In this document: piece after piece, positions 30,572 to 40,785 of the stretch | Position numbering within the stretch: position 1 is the stretch's first letter | Layout of the letters: every line of letters begins with the position of its first letter | IMG/VR virus record: IMGVR_UViG_3300007960_010163 | Coordinates: 1 to 64,000 of that record | Reading direction: 5' to 3' (one strand) | Origin: a virus | Length of the DNA stretch: 64,000 nt | Notes under the pieces: model-generated | Seen by the model: only the letters and a program-made list of their open reading frames with translations | What the model was told of the DNA's origin: nothing | Databases searched by the model: none | Made by a program: the position numbers and the translations under genes

Positions 30572-31335
30572 GGAACTTTCTTAAATATAAATTCAAAACC
30601 TTTATTGTTTTGGCAAAAAAATTTAAAACAAGATTCTTGATTCTTTAAGGGCCTGTCTTGATAAAAACAAAAGTTAGAAGCTACCCAATCTTTTAGAATT
30701 TCATCAAGATTAAAATGAAAACTTTCAATAACAAACCTCATGTGATCAAGAGTTGAACAAAAAAAGTTGTCACAACCATACTCTTCGTAAAGCGAACAAG
30801 TTGAGCTTAATGATTTTTTGCTATGAGAAGAAGCTATCGTCTTTACGAAATCCAAATGGCTCAATGGTTTTATCCATTTTTCATGCTTCGGGCTTCGGCA
30901 AAAATGGTCTAGATTATTGTTAAATATATCAAACCTAGTGTTCACCGCAAAATCATAGCCATTTGAAACCTGTGAAATATTTTGATACATTCCAGCCCAC
31001 ATATATTTCCAGCCAATAGTTGGGCATCGGCTTGTTCCAATTTTTCCTTCTAGGTTTCCATGCAATTCTAATTTAGAATCGTCTAGAACTAATAGACTTT
31101 TAATTTTAGACTTAATTGAATCGTCAAAATACGAAAGAACTTGCTCGTCATTAACTGAAAGTTTTTCAATTTTTGAGTTCCTCCAAGATTTAAAGGCTTC
31201 TTTTTTGTTCCAAGTTTGAATGTATAAATCAAAATCAATTATATCTTGACATGACAGTAAAAAATTATTAAGCTTACGATTCCTTAGAGAATTTCGAATA
31301 TGCCCTCTAATTAAAAATGCTACTTTAGGCTTCAT
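30568..31335 (-). CDS. Hypothetical glycan-associated protein
   Basis: VAFLIRGHIR, YIQTW, YDFAVNTRFDI. Confidence 0.55.
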   Translation of the reverse strand: MKPKVAFLIRGHIRNSLRNRKLNNFLLSCQDIIDFDLYIQTWNKKEAFKSWRNSKIEKLSVNDEQVLSYFDDSIKSKIKSLLVLDDSKLELHGNLEGKIGTSRCPTIGWKYMWAGMYQNISQVSNGYDFAVNTRFDIFNNNLDHFCRSPKHEKWIKPLSHLDFVKTIASSHSKKSLSSTCSLYEEYGCDNFFCSTLDHMRFVIESFHFNLDEILKDWVASNFCFYQDRPLKNQESCFKFFCQNNKGFEFIFKKVP

Positions 31336-32330
31336 TCTTTTAATTTAGTCATTACTTGTTTTACTGCCATCCACATATCTAGATATTTATATGTCGCAAG
31401 CCTACCAAGAAATATCACATTCTTTTCTGCGCTTGCGGCTGTTTTGTATTTATCATATATTTCTGTTCCCCCATTAAACGGCTTTGGGTAAATGGGTTCA
31501 TTTTTGCCTTTTTCATATTCCTCTGGATAATCTTTGGTTAGTATAGTATATTCTGGTTTTTCATTTAAGTATACAGCGCTATCCATAGTTCTATTAAAGG
31601 GTTTTTTATTGCACTCATTTATAACTGCACCTAGTTCATATGAAAACTTTGTTTCGTCTCTTTTGGTTTTTGTATGCTCAAATCTAAGCGATCTGTAGGG
31701 TAAGTGGCCAAATGAGTCATTGAAATATTGAGATATCGTTCCTGTCCAAACCATCATATCTCCCTTCAGATTTTTATAGCATTCTTTATCAACTCCAAGA
31801 TTAACCTTTATGCCATCAAGCATTGAATTAAACATTTCGGTATACCCATTTTCAGGTATCCCTTGATATTTGTCTGTAAAGTAGCGATCATCATAGTCAG
31901 CTCTCTTATTAGGTACCCTGCGACTTATGCTTTTAGGCAAATCTGACCAAGGTATTCCCCAGTGTCTTTCTGAGTAATCTACAAATAATAAATCTTTAAT
32001 TTCTTCTGGAGTCAAGTCCCTGCCTAATTGCTCTTCTGTTTTTTTACTAAAAGGTATTGATAGTAAACCTTCTTTAGTATTCGCCCTTACCTTATGTTTA
32101 TAATCATTAAATTTAGTATATCTATTTAGAAATTCCCAAACATCTTCATCATTTGTGTGGAATATATGAGATCCATACTTGTGAACAGTTACGCCGTCTT
32201 GTTTCTCGTCATAGCAGTTACCTGCTATATGATTTCTGGTTTCAAATATTTCTACATCATGCCCCTGTTCTTTCAGTAAAATCGCCGCAGTAACACCTGA
32301 GAGACCGCATCCTATAACATTAACTTTCAT
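31332..32330 (-). CDS. glf: UDP-galactopyranose mutase
   Basis: GCGLSG, HIAGNCYD, HKYGSHIFHT, YFTDKYQGIP, GRLATYKYLDM. Confidence 0.95.
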   Translation of the reverse strand: MKVNVIGCGLSGVTAAILLKEQGHDVEIFETRNHIAGNCYDEKQDGVTVHKYGSHIFHTNDEDVWEFLNRYTKFNDYKHKVRANTKEGLLSIPFSKKTEEQLGRDLTPEEIKDLLFVDYSERHWGIPWSDLPKSISRRVPNKRADYDDRYFTDKYQGIPENGYTEMFNSMLDGIKVNLGVDKECYKNLKGDMMVWTGTISQYFNDSFGHLPYRSLRFEHTKTKRDETKFSYELGAVINECNKKPFNRTMDSAVYLNEKPEYTILTKDYPEEYEKGKNEPIYPKPFNGGTEIYDKYKTAASAEKNVIFLGRLATYKYLDMWMAVKQVMTKLKE

Positions 32331-33201
32331 TTTTAAGCCTTATTTTTTCTGATAAGGATAATTCTTTATACATACTGAGTATGTGCTCTTGCTTGGAGAA
32401 ATTAGATTGAGGACCAAAAGAAAAGTGAGACACCAAGGAGTCAAGTTTAATAAAATTGCCCGCCCCAGAGTTACAACTAACAAAAGATTCGTCACTCAAA
32501 ATCAAATCATTATGCAAATACTTCCTCCATCCTGCCCCTGTTATTCCAAACATATTAATTGAAAGTCTGGATCCATAAAATTTTAAATCTTCAGAGTTTA
32601 TTATAAAAGATTTAGGATCTTTTAAAAACAAGCCATGAATTAAAAAGGCTTTATTTTTGTCTTGAGACCAATTTGAAAGTGGGGTACTTGTGCGTTTGTC
32701 ACTGGTAAATTGATAATCTACTTTATAATCAAACAAATCGTGGACTCCGTATTCTTGTTGCCAGTATGCGCAGACATCGTTGTTTACAATGTTTGGGTAT
32801 AAAAAATAATCATCACATATTGATTCAATATATTTTTCAAAACTGTCAACGTCTATATATACAATGTCATCGTCGCATTTAATTATTTTGTCACAGTCTG
32901 ATGAATTATCACGATAATAATTATAATAACTACTCCATTTTTTTCGAATAGTTTTCCCGTCTTTGTTTTTGAAGAAATATTTTTCTGGAATTTTTAGATG
33001 ATAATGCTTGTTTTTGAGGCAAGTATTCTTGATGTATTCTTTATTTTCAAGATCTATCTTGCCGTTGTTTGGATTTTGGGTATAGTCCCACAAATGAACT
33101 TCGTCAATTATATCTAAATCAAGAAGAATATCTAAATATACAAATAGAATTTCTAAAAATTTTTGACGACCACAGAATACTGTTAATATTTTTTTATGCA
33201 T
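32320..33201 (-). CDS. Hypothetical GT-A-like protein
   Basis: VFCGR, IKCDDDIVYID, NIVNN, SINMFG, SHFSFGPQ. Confidence 0.55.
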   Translation of the reverse strand: MHKKILTVFCGRQKFLEILFVYLDILLDLDIIDEVHLWDYTQNPNNGKIDLENKEYIKNTCLKNKHYHLKIPEKYFFKNKDGKTIRKKWSSYYNYYRDNSSDCDKIIKCDDDIVYIDVDSFEKYIESICDDYFLYPNIVNNDVCAYWQQEYGVHDLFDYKVDYQFTSDKRTSTPLSNWSQDKNKAFLIHGLFLKDPKSFIINSEDLKFYGSRLSINMFGITGAGWRKYLHNDLILSDESFVSCNSGAGNFIKLDSLVSHFSFGPQSNFSKQEHILSMYKELSLSEKIRLKNES

Positions 33202-34108
33202 TATTTAATAATGTTTTCCAGATTTGATTTATGTTTGGTACCGAAAAAGTTGAGCGAGCGAACTTAAGGGCGTTATCTATTATTTGTTTACACTCTTCTT
33301 CGTTAGATTTAGCCCATTTAATTTTTTCAATAATGTCAGAAAAGTCATATGCTACTGGAATATAATGAACCCATGGTTCAAGGCTTTTTTCAAAAAAGCA
33401 TTTATGATAATGGCATTGTAAAAATAGTAATCTACCACTTAATAACAAATACTTTAATCTACCACTAAAACCAAACGCTTGGGTGTCTATTACGTACTTA
33501 TATTTTTCAAAAGTATCAAAAAGGCTCATTCTGTGCTGTTGATTTTGACCTCCAACATGATGTGCATCAATATAGTCTGGGTATTTTTTAGTTAATTTAC
33601 AAAGGTTTTTTCTACTTTCTATCCTAGCCGCGCCTCTCCAGCAAATTTTAGGAATTGCATCGTCTTGCAGTTTTAAATCTAAAAGGTCATCATACATTTT
33701 AGCATGATTAAAACTTAACCAGTTAGAAAAATTAAAGTCGGGACAACAAATCAAGTCTTTATGATACTGCTCCCTTTTAAAAGTGTTTGGATAACATTCA
33801 ACTTCTTTATCAATATAGCATTGCGACAGAACGGGTTCTGAGCTACATTCAACCATGCTATAGCCGGGGTTATTGTCTGTTGTGTACAACCTTACATAGC
33901 TAAAGTCATTAAACATAACATCTTTGTCAGCCCTTTCAATTTGAGAAATAAAAGCATGTGGCCTGTGATCTCCGCCATATGTATGAAATTCTAATTTACC
34001 ATCTTGTTTTCTAAAAACTAATCTAGTATTCCTAAACTTCTGCCCCCAAGAAGTTTCAGGGCATTCTGACTGATTATCAAAAATTTTAGGGTCACCTATT
34101 TTTTTCAT
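33194..34108 (-). CDS. GT90-like glycosyltransferase (paralogue of 24737-25687)
   Basis: CPDFNFSNW, WRG, KYVIDTQAFGFSGRLKYLL, PWVHYIPV. Confidence 0.85.
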   Translation of the reverse strand: MKKIGDPKIFDNQSECPETSWGQKFRNTRLVFRKQDGKLEFHTYGGDHRPHAFISQIERADKDVMFNDFSYVRLYTTDNNPGYSMVECSSEPVLSQCYIDKEVECYPNTFKREQYHKDLICCPDFNFSNWLSFNHAKMYDDLLDLKLQDDAIPKICWRGAARIESRKNLCKLTKKYPDYIDAHHVGGQNQQHRMSLFDTFEKYKYVIDTQAFGFSGRLKYLLLSGRLLFLQCHYHKCFFEKSLEPWVHYIPVAYDFSDIIEKIKWAKSNEEECKQIIDNALKFARSTFSVPNINQIWKTLLNNA

Positions 34109-34787
34109 AAATTAACTCCATTTCCTTGTCGCATGCGCTTAAGACTTCTTCAGTTATATAACTAACCTTCGTGTCAGTCCATTTATTTTCGTTTCCTTGA
34201 AAAAACCCTATTCTGTTTTGTTTGACAAAAATGACATCCCATGGAGAATGAGGCTTATTCCACCATTTTATTTTAGTTAAATTAGTTCTCTTGCCTAAAG
34301 CGTGAAAACCAAACTCAATATCAACTGCATCTTTATATGTAATCATAACCTTATCTTTTATAAAGTTATAAAACTTTTCAGCATGATGGTGAGTCATGAA
34401 ATTAAAATAACCTAGATTATCTATCGTTCCGCAAACATCAAAACCTTGATCTATTTTAGTGGTAAATGGACTTTCCCACTCTGGACCTCTAAAATACGGA
34501 CCTTTACAACTGTCATTCATAATTATGAAATAATCAAAATCATCGAATGAATTTATTCTAGATAAGTTGTCAAAATGGCTTTTCATACAAAAGCCTACAT
34601 TCTCCGAAGGTCTAAAAACTTTAACGTTTTGGTTGGCAGAAACATCTACTGAGAAAGTTTCTGATTTGCAGTCGATGGAAAGGTAATGGTTTTCCTTTAA
34701 GCCATGCTTAATAAAAAACTCTAAATTTTTCTTAGTATTCTTTTTTTCAAAATAAGAATAGCTTATAAAGATATTGCAGCTTTTCAT
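34092..34787 (-). CDS. Hypothetical glycan-associated protein
   Basis: NLEFFIKHG, ENVGF, DYFIIMNDSCKGP, VIFVKQNR. Confidence 0.55.
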   Translation of the reverse strand: MKSCNIFISYSYFEKKNTKKNLEFFIKHGLKENHYLSIDCKSETFSVDVSANQNVKVFRPSENVGFCMKSHFDNLSRINSFDDFDYFIIMNDSCKGPYFRGPEWESPFTTKIDQGFDVCGTIDNLGYFNFMTHHHAEKFYNFIKDKVMITYKDAVDIEFGFHALGKRTNLTKIKWWNKPHSPWDVIFVKQNRIGFFQGNENKWTDTKVSYITEEVLSACDKEMELIYEKNR

Positions 34788-34790
34788 AAA

Positions 34791-35378
34791 CTATTCTCCA
34801 AATTTATAGCCAAAATACTTTATATCTTTTGCGTATTTTTCCGCAACGATGTGACGAGTCTCATCGTCATAGTATTCGGTATAGTGTTTATGTTTTGTTT
34901 TGTTTTTGTGCGGAAGTTTTTGTCGTGGAATTGCTATTTTGTCGCAAATAGCATCATAATCATTCTGTAGGTTTTCAAATCTACCCACAAAATCTACAAT
35001 GATATTTTTGGCATTATCGCAAATCCAATCGCACTGAGGTTTAAAATGTATCTGATTGAGATAACTTTCATCCCAATTTAAAATTACGTTTCTAAAACTC
35101 CCATATTTAGAAAATAAATTATTATAATCTTTTAGGTCGTTAGGGTTGTTGCCTCCATTTGATAAATATTTATATGATGAAACCAATCGCTCCCAAGGGT
35201 TGCGAACGAAAGTAAAAGAAAATTGCGAATTTTTTCTTAACTCACTGTCTTTATAATATTTGAAATTTTCGTTTCGTAAATTATGTCCAAATCGTGTATA
35301 ATATTGCGGTCTAACTACAGAACAACCTCCGCATTTAGGTATATGTATATATATATATTTATGTTTATGATTGATCAT
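34791..35378 (-). CDS. Sulfotransferase (Sulfotransfer_2 family)
   Basis: [22 protein letters not shown], HFKPQ; start adjusted to MINHKHK. Confidence 0.85.
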   Translation of the reverse strand: [195 protein letters not shown]

Positions 35379-35379
35379 G

Positions 35380-36267
35380 TCAATAACACTTCTCTTGAAA
35401 GTTGATATGAAAATTTGGTATACCTTTGTATAAGCAAAATTCATTAAAGCGACTGAAGTTCTTAAATAAGAAATTAGTCTCTTGCAATAGATAAAAATCA
35501 ATCAAAGCTTCTTTGGCAATCTTAGTCCTGCCATAATTCTCTTCTTTTTCAATAATATCTGAAGTGGACTTTTCACCTTTTTCGTGACCAGTACCACATC
35601 CCGGCGGAGCAAAATACCTATCAGCAACTATAGATTGAGGATACGCATTTTGGAATAAATCAACAAACTGACGAGAGTCAGAAGCAATGAAAAATTTGTA
35701 ACCGTCGCAAGCTTTTAAAAATGCACGTGGTGAATCAAAAAGAACATGATCTATCCTCTCTTTAAAAATGTGGAAAATGGTTTCAATAGGATTTCTTTCT
35801 CCTTGAAAACGATTAGAGTTTCCTGTTTTGGGAGGCAAAACTTCGCCGTTAGAGCAACGGGCATGAACACCAACAATATAATTACCAGAAAAATTAGAAT
35901 AGGCAAAGGACTCCATTGGTATAGAGACAGATTCGCTAGGAATAATCCTTTTAAAACAATTAAAAAATTTCAAAGAATCTTGTTTGTCTTTAAGTGGGTT
36001 TTTTATAACCAATTTAGAATCATTATGCATTTCCGCTTCTTTTTTATTAGCGTCAATTTCATCTTCATTAGTGATTATATTAATATCAGTATCTATTCCT
36101 GAAAAATATTCATGGAATAAATTTTTGTCACCCTTGCTCATCCATGCGCCGCGAAAGTCGATAAGCATATCTTTTTTATTTTCTTCGCAATACAAAAGAG
36201 CGTTTGTTAGATGCCAGAGGGTGTCACCCCATCCAGTATCACGAGTAAAATAATAATAACTGCTCAC
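35380..36267 (-). CDS. NodZ/GT23-like fucosyltransferase
   Basis: GWGDTLW, IDFRG, VGVHARCSNGE, FFIASDS, ALIDFYLL. Confidence 0.72.
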   Translation of the reverse strand: MSSYYYFTRDTGWGDTLWHLTNALLYCEENKKDMLIDFRGAWMSKGDKNLFHEYFSGIDTDINIITNEDEIDANKKEAEMHNDSKLVIKNPLKDKQDSLKFFNCFKRIIPSESVSIPMESFAYSNFSGNYIVGVHARCSNGEVLPPKTGNSNRFQGERNPIETIFHIFKERIDHVLFDSPRAFLKACDGYKFFIASDSRQFVDLFQNAYPQSIVADRYFAPPGCGTGHEKGEKSTSDIIEKEENYGRTKIAKEALIDFYLLQETNFLFKNFSRFNEFCLYKGIPNFHINFQEKCY

Positions 36268-37070
36268 AACTCGACTTTCTCTTCTCCATATTTATCAAAC
36301 ATTTCTTGATAGTTTGATATTTTGTCATAAGCTTTTTTGCCAAAGACTCTTCTGTCTGTGCCTAAAAAATTAGATACATTGTTTTCGTCGATTTCAACAC
36401 CTAAATATTCTATGATTTTATTGAATTGCTTCACTCGCTCTTCGTAGGTTTCTAAGCTATATAAATCTTCGTACTTAGAAACAAAACTATTCTTGGGTAG
36501 AAGATTATGGTAGTAAGGTAGGTATTTTTTGTACCATCGCACCCGGCGTTGAATCGGGGGCTCTTCAAGATCTTGATATTCAAAAGAATCAACTTTTGAT
36601 TTATGCTCCTTATTCTCTCCTAGCTGCCAAACTTGAACTTGGTTTGCGAGCTGCCAAGAGATAGCAGGGTAAAAAGCGCTTTCTCTATATTGGAATATGA
36701 TTTTTATACTATGCTCCCCGCAATAATCCAAAAAATTTTCATTCCCTATTTCAGAAACTGTACACCATACATGTTTAACGCCATCAAACGTTTCAAAAAG
36801 AGAATCTAAAAAAGGAAAAAGCTTATCTTTATCTTCTGATATATTGTTAAATCTATTAAAGTATGGAATGTTTTTTGATTTAGGAAGAAGAGATGGATCC
36901 ATATTATGCTTTGCAATTATATCTGCATAGCGAGGGTTGTGTTCTAGGTCTCCAGTAAGGCTCGACAGAGGCTCGTGAACGATTCTGTCGTTCTTGTTTA
37001 AGGCAGAGATAAGACTAGTGGTGCCAGCTCTTTCTTGGCCGAATATTACAAACTTAGAATCCATAACCAA
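36264..37070 (-). CDS. Sulfotransferase (Stf0/Sulfotransfer_1-like)
   Basis: FVIFGQERAGTT, HEP, GVK, YRE..AISW, YEDL. Confidence 0.7.
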   Translation of the reverse strand: MVMDSKFVIFGQERAGTTSLISALNKNDRIVHEPLSSLTGDLEHNPRYADIIAKHNMDPSLLPKSKNIPYFNRFNNISEDKDKLFPFLDSLFETFDGVKHVWCTVSEIGNENFLDYCGEHSIKIIFQYRESAFYPAISWQLANQVQVWQLGENKEHKSKVDSFEYQDLEEPPIQRRVRWYKKYLPYYHNLLPKNSFVSKYEDLYSLETYEERVKQFNKIIEYLGVEIDENNVSNFLGTDRRVFGKKAYDKISNYQEMFDKYGEEKVEL

Positions 37071-37740
37071 AATAATTAAGATCAGCAGAAAAATGATTCT
37101 CTATAAAATCTTTAGAATATTCTGAATAATAATCTTTATAACTTTTTTTCTTCTTATATTCAGAGCTGCTATTTTGTCGCCAATCATTAAATCCTGATTT
37201 ATTTTCAAAGTTAAATCTTTCAGAAAGATCTGATGTGCAAGATTTGATATCTTCCATTTTGTAAAACTTATCTATCGCTACTTTGCCATAAAGCGATACT
37301 CGGTCAAGATTGTTTTCATAATACCCAGTATGAAACTTTTTGATATTACCTTCTTTATAGGCATAATCAATAAAGCCGTCAAAATCATTTGCGAGATAGT
37401 ATTTCCTAAACTCTTGAACATATGGCATCATTGGAGAATCGATATTATTCTCAACAAAATAATCAAACTTCCAACCACCCAAATAAGAGAACATGGAAAC
37501 AACCCTATCAAAAGGATTGCGAACTATCGTAAACTTAAAATAATCTTTATAATCAGGAACTTCTGGTACGACAGCGCTTAAAGCTCGTTCGCAAGTAGTC
37601 TTGTATTTATCGTCGTAATCTTGTTGGTTTTGGTTTTCTTCGTAACCTTCTTCTATGTTTGACAATAGAAAATGCTTTATGAATGTTCCTGCAGATTTAG
37701 GGATATGGACATATATGAACTTATGATCGCGACTATACAT
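37054..37740 (-). CDS. Sulfotransferase (Sulfotransfer_2 family)
   Basis: YVHIPKSAGT, IVRNPFDRVVS. Confidence 0.85.
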   Translation of the reverse strand: MYSRDHKFIYVHIPKSAGTFIKHFLLSNIEEGYEENQNQQDYDDKYKTTCERALSAVVPEVPDYKDYFKFTIVRNPFDRVVSMFSYLGGWKFDYFVENNIDSPMMPYVQEFRKYYLANDFDGFIDYAYKEGNIKKFHTGYYENNLDRVSLYGKVAIDKFYKMEDIKSCTSDLSERFNFENKSGFNDWRQNSSSEYKKKKSYKDYYSEYSKDFIENHFSADLNYFGYGF

Positions 37741-38584
37741 CTATCTTCTCCATTACTTCAGGGTTGTCAAGATTATCTAGAAGGAATTGTTTTCCATCTT
37801 CTCCACATAAATGACACAAGTAAAACTCTTTGTTTTGATCGCCTTTTTGAAAGCAAGCTTGATAGTTTGCATTCCATACCCATTGAAGGGGTTTATGGTA
37901 ATCGGTCACATTAGTTTTTGCATATGCATATCCATACATGTCTTGATCAATAAAATCTTTGCGCTCACCAAGGATTTCAAGAACTGGATTGTCGATCAAT
38001 CCGTGCTCTTTTAAGAAATCTACTATCGTATGTTGATCAGGTAAAACTTTTACCATTTCAGAGACGATCTTCCTGCTCATGATATAACAACCCAAATTAA
38101 GGTTGTATTTAGGAATGTTTCTCTGAGTCTTTTCATTAAACCAATATACGTCCTCATCCTGAGGAATTGCTTTCAAGTAATCTTTTAAAAAAATTTCGTT
38201 TTTCTTTACGACAGCTTCGTTGAAGCCGTACTGCATCATGAAATCTTCGTCTTTGTGAGCTTCAAAAATATCAGGAGCAGTTTTGCTTACAACCATATCA
38301 AGATCAAGCAGTGCAAACTTATCATAATCAGACTTCATGAATTCATGAAGAAACAAGATTTTTACGAATGTACTTTTTTGATAATGAGAAAAACCATACT
38401 TATGTATTTCCTGATAAGCAGGAAAATCATTCATTGATATAATTTTAAGATCTACGCCGATTTTATCAGCATACTTTTCTAAGGAGCCAAGGCAATGCGG
38501 AACCCACGCAACATCTTTATACCCCGGATTTGCAAAATTAGTGTCCTTAGGCAAATCGTTAATTACATATATAACATTACTCAT
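37733..38584 (-). CDS. GT-A glycosyltransferase (GT8/GT34-like)
   Basis: YADKIG, LLDLDMVV..APDIF, NLGCYI, DQD, WN, HLCG. Confidence 0.7.
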   Translation of the reverse strand: MSNVIYVINDLPKDTNFANPGYKDVAWVPHCLGSLEKYADKIGVDLKIISMNDFPAYQEIHKYGFSHYQKSTFVKILFLHEFMKSDYDKFALLDLDMVVSKTAPDIFEAHKDEDFMMQYGFNEAVVKKNEIFLKDYLKAIPQDEDVYWFNEKTQRNIPKYNLNLGCYIMSRKIVSEMVKVLPDQHTIVDFLKEHGLIDNPVLEILGERKDFIDQDMYGYAYAKTNVTDYHKPLQWVWNANYQACFQKGDQNKEFYLCHLCGEDGKQFLLDNLDNPEVMEKIDV

Positions 38585-39510
38585 AATTCAGTTACCTCCA
38601 GATCTTCGTCAAGTAAGCCCCAATTATCTGGATTTGGATTATCCATAAGTTTGTTTCTAACATCAAGGGAATTAGTTTTTCTTTCTCCTTCTTGTTGAGC
38701 GTGTGGCTGAGTCGTATCATTTGCTGCTCCGTCATCTCTACCATGAAACTGATGGTAGAAATCAGCGTCAATAGCCAAGCACAAATTATAAATCTCTTCT
38801 TTAGCGGCGATCCTATTAAGAAATTCAGTATCCATACTATTCATGTAAACAAGATCCTCGTTGAATCCTTTGTGCTCAAGATAGCATTCTCTTTCAACCA
38901 TCATTACCCCAACAGCGCCACCATAAAAAGAAAAGATCTGCTTGTTCGGCATTAATCTACTATAATGATTATGCTCATGGCAAATCTCAACTTTTTTAGA
39001 AAGCTCTTGATCATATACGAAATCACGAAAAACGGAATGATGAGACTGGGATTCGTCTAGATTTCTACGACTGCAAAAAGCTGCACGAGGCCAAGGCCAT
39101 CCGTAATCTTTAACTTCAAACTCATGGTAGAACCAGTCCATAAATCTTTGACCTACGAGAGTGTCTTGATCAATTCTGGCAAAATGTTTTCCGCTCATTT
39201 TCCTAAAGCCGACATTCATAGCATGAACCTCAGAAAAAGGAGAATCGCCTTGATGCTTATTGGCTATATCGGGTGGTACGGTAACAATCTTTAAGACGCC
39301 TTTCGTTTGTGGAACAAGACGGTTTTTAATGGCGTCTTTAAGCGGTTCTTTTTTTGAACACCAGTCAACTAGAACAACCTCAGATTGATCTTCAACATTG
39401 TTTTTGGCGATGATTTCACAAGCGTGATTAACAGTATTTACGCAACGCCCAACAGAATCTCCATTGTAATTGTCGTTACGAGAAACGCATATATAAGATA
39501 TTCTTTTCAT
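38581..39510 (-). CDS. GT2-like glycosyltransferase
   Basis: SRNDNY, VLVDW, AMNVG, IDQD, GFNEDL..DTEF, YHQFH. Confidence 0.72.
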   Translation of the reverse strand: MKRISYICVSRNDNYNGDSVGRCVNTVNHACEIIAKNNVEDQSEVVLVDWCSKKEPLKDAIKNRLVPQTKGVLKIVTVPPDIANKHQGDSPFSEVHAMNVGFRKMSGKHFARIDQDTLVGQRFMDWFYHEFEVKDYGWPWPRAAFCSRRNLDESQSHHSVFRDFVYDQELSKKVEICHEHNHYSRLMPNKQIFSFYGGAVGVMMVERECYLEHKGFNEDLVYMNSMDTEFLNRIAAKEEIYNLCLAIDADFYHQFHGRDDGAANDTTQPHAQQEGERKTNSLDVRNKLMDNPNPDNWGLLDEDLEVTEL

Positions 39511-40157
39511 CCTTCTGGCACTAATCTTTTACAGTTAAAACAAAAAACTCTACTTGGATTAGGGACGGTAACCTGCTTTCCTCCTATAGATTTTAACATA
39601 TTCATATATATAGAACCCGGAGTAGATACATGTTTATCTAAATGCTTTAAACAATGAAAATTAATTGTTGACCTATATTTTTCATCGATATTTGCGTTAA
39701 ATGTATTGGGACAAATATAATGAATTTTATTCATCCAGTTAAAAGTATTATGTAATTTCAATAATATTTCTTCAGAATCAGTAACTACAAAAAAATTGGC
39801 TTGTCTAGCATTAATTTGTACTTTATTCATTTGTGCAATATATATATTAATATCTTGTACTTTTTCTGACTCCAATATTACTCCCCAAGTATGATCGGTA
39901 ATACCTTTGCTGATTCTTATGATTTCCTCTATAGCTTGCTCCGGAAGGGAGCTTAAGCTATGAATTTCGCTATCGAATTTATAAGCAGAATACTCCATTG
40001 TTAATTTGTTTATAGTTTTTTGTTCGGTATAATATAATTGTGAATCTAGATAGTCAAGTTCTTTATCTAGAGCTTTATGTAGGCGATCAATTTTGTTTTG
40101 ATAACCTTGTTTTATATTACACAAAAACTTTTTACTATTTTCGAGTAAAGTAATCAC
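39507..40157 (-). CDS. Hypothetical protein (degenerate fucosyltransferase-like C-terminus)
   Basis: GTG start; FFVVTDS, STPGS resemble the GT-B fucosyltransferase C-lobe. Confidence 0.5.
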   Translation of the reverse strand: MITLLENSKKFLCNIKQGYQNKIDRLHKALDKELDYLDSQLYYTEQKTINKLTMEYSAYKFDSEIHSLSSLPEQAIEEIIRISKGITDHTWGVILESEKVQDINIYIAQMNKVQINARQANFFVVTDSEEILLKLHNTFNWMNKIHYICPNTFNANIDEKYRSTINFHCLKHLDKHVSTPGSIYMNMLKSIGGKQVTVPNPSRVFCFNCKRLVPEG

Positions 40158-40243
40158 GTTGGGGGAGCGGGAGCCCTTTTGTGTATAAGCAAAGCCAACT
40201 TCTTAACCAATAATTTAGCACCTTTTTTGATTAGAAGAGACAT
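40154..40243 (-). CDS. Unannotated 29-aa cationic amphipathic peptide
   Basis: ATG 40243 to TGA 40154: MSLLIKKGAKLLVKKLALLIHKRAPAPPT; GTGA overlap with the next gene. Confidence 0.55.
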   Translation of the reverse strand: MSLLIKKGAKLLVKKLALLIHKRAPAPPT

Positions 40244-40292
40244 GGCTTATGATTATCATGGTCTATAACACTCATTACAATAAGCGTCAGGC

Positions 40293-40784
40293 CTATCCGC
40301 TGCTAATCATTAATGCGCCATTATTAATCCAAACGCGACCCCTTGTATTAGGATTTGACTTAGGAAGACTATCGTAATTTAGTATTACATGGGCTCCGCT
40401 CAAGCAAGAGGAACCATTAACGTGAAATGTATAAAGAGGGTCAGTGATATTTACTCCAACTTTGCCACTATCAGTAACAACAAAAGTTGTTAAATCGCCG
40501 GTTCCAATAGTAGCTTCATTTTCAAGAAAACCACTATGCCCAGTCATAGTTAAATAGATTCCGCTTTCGCCACTAAATCTAGAATGTCCGATTTTTCCAA
40601 TTGGCATCCAGTCAGTAGCATTATCTTCTCCCGTTTTTTCATATAATTGATTATCATTAGAGTCTCTATAAGTTGAACCTATGATACCAGCAGCTTTTGA
40701 ACTCCCACTAGGATGACCAGCATCAGTAATCATTGGGCGACGAATGCCCAAGTTTGCATTTACATAATCTTCAAAAGCACCCAT
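40293..40784 (-). CDS. Putative virion/tail-associated protein
   Basis: GKVGVNITDPLYTFHVNG, LPKSNP..GRVWINNGALMIS (fibre-type repeats). Confidence 0.6.
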   Translation of the reverse strand: MGAFEDYVNANLGIRRPMITDAGHPSGSSKAAGIIGSTYRDSNDNQLYEKTGEDNATDWMPIGKIGHSRFSGESGIYLTMTGHSGFLENEATIGTGDLTTFVVTDSGKVGVNITDPLYTFHVNGSSCLSGAHVILNYDSLPKSNPNTRGRVWINNGALMISSG

Positions 40785-40785
40785 T

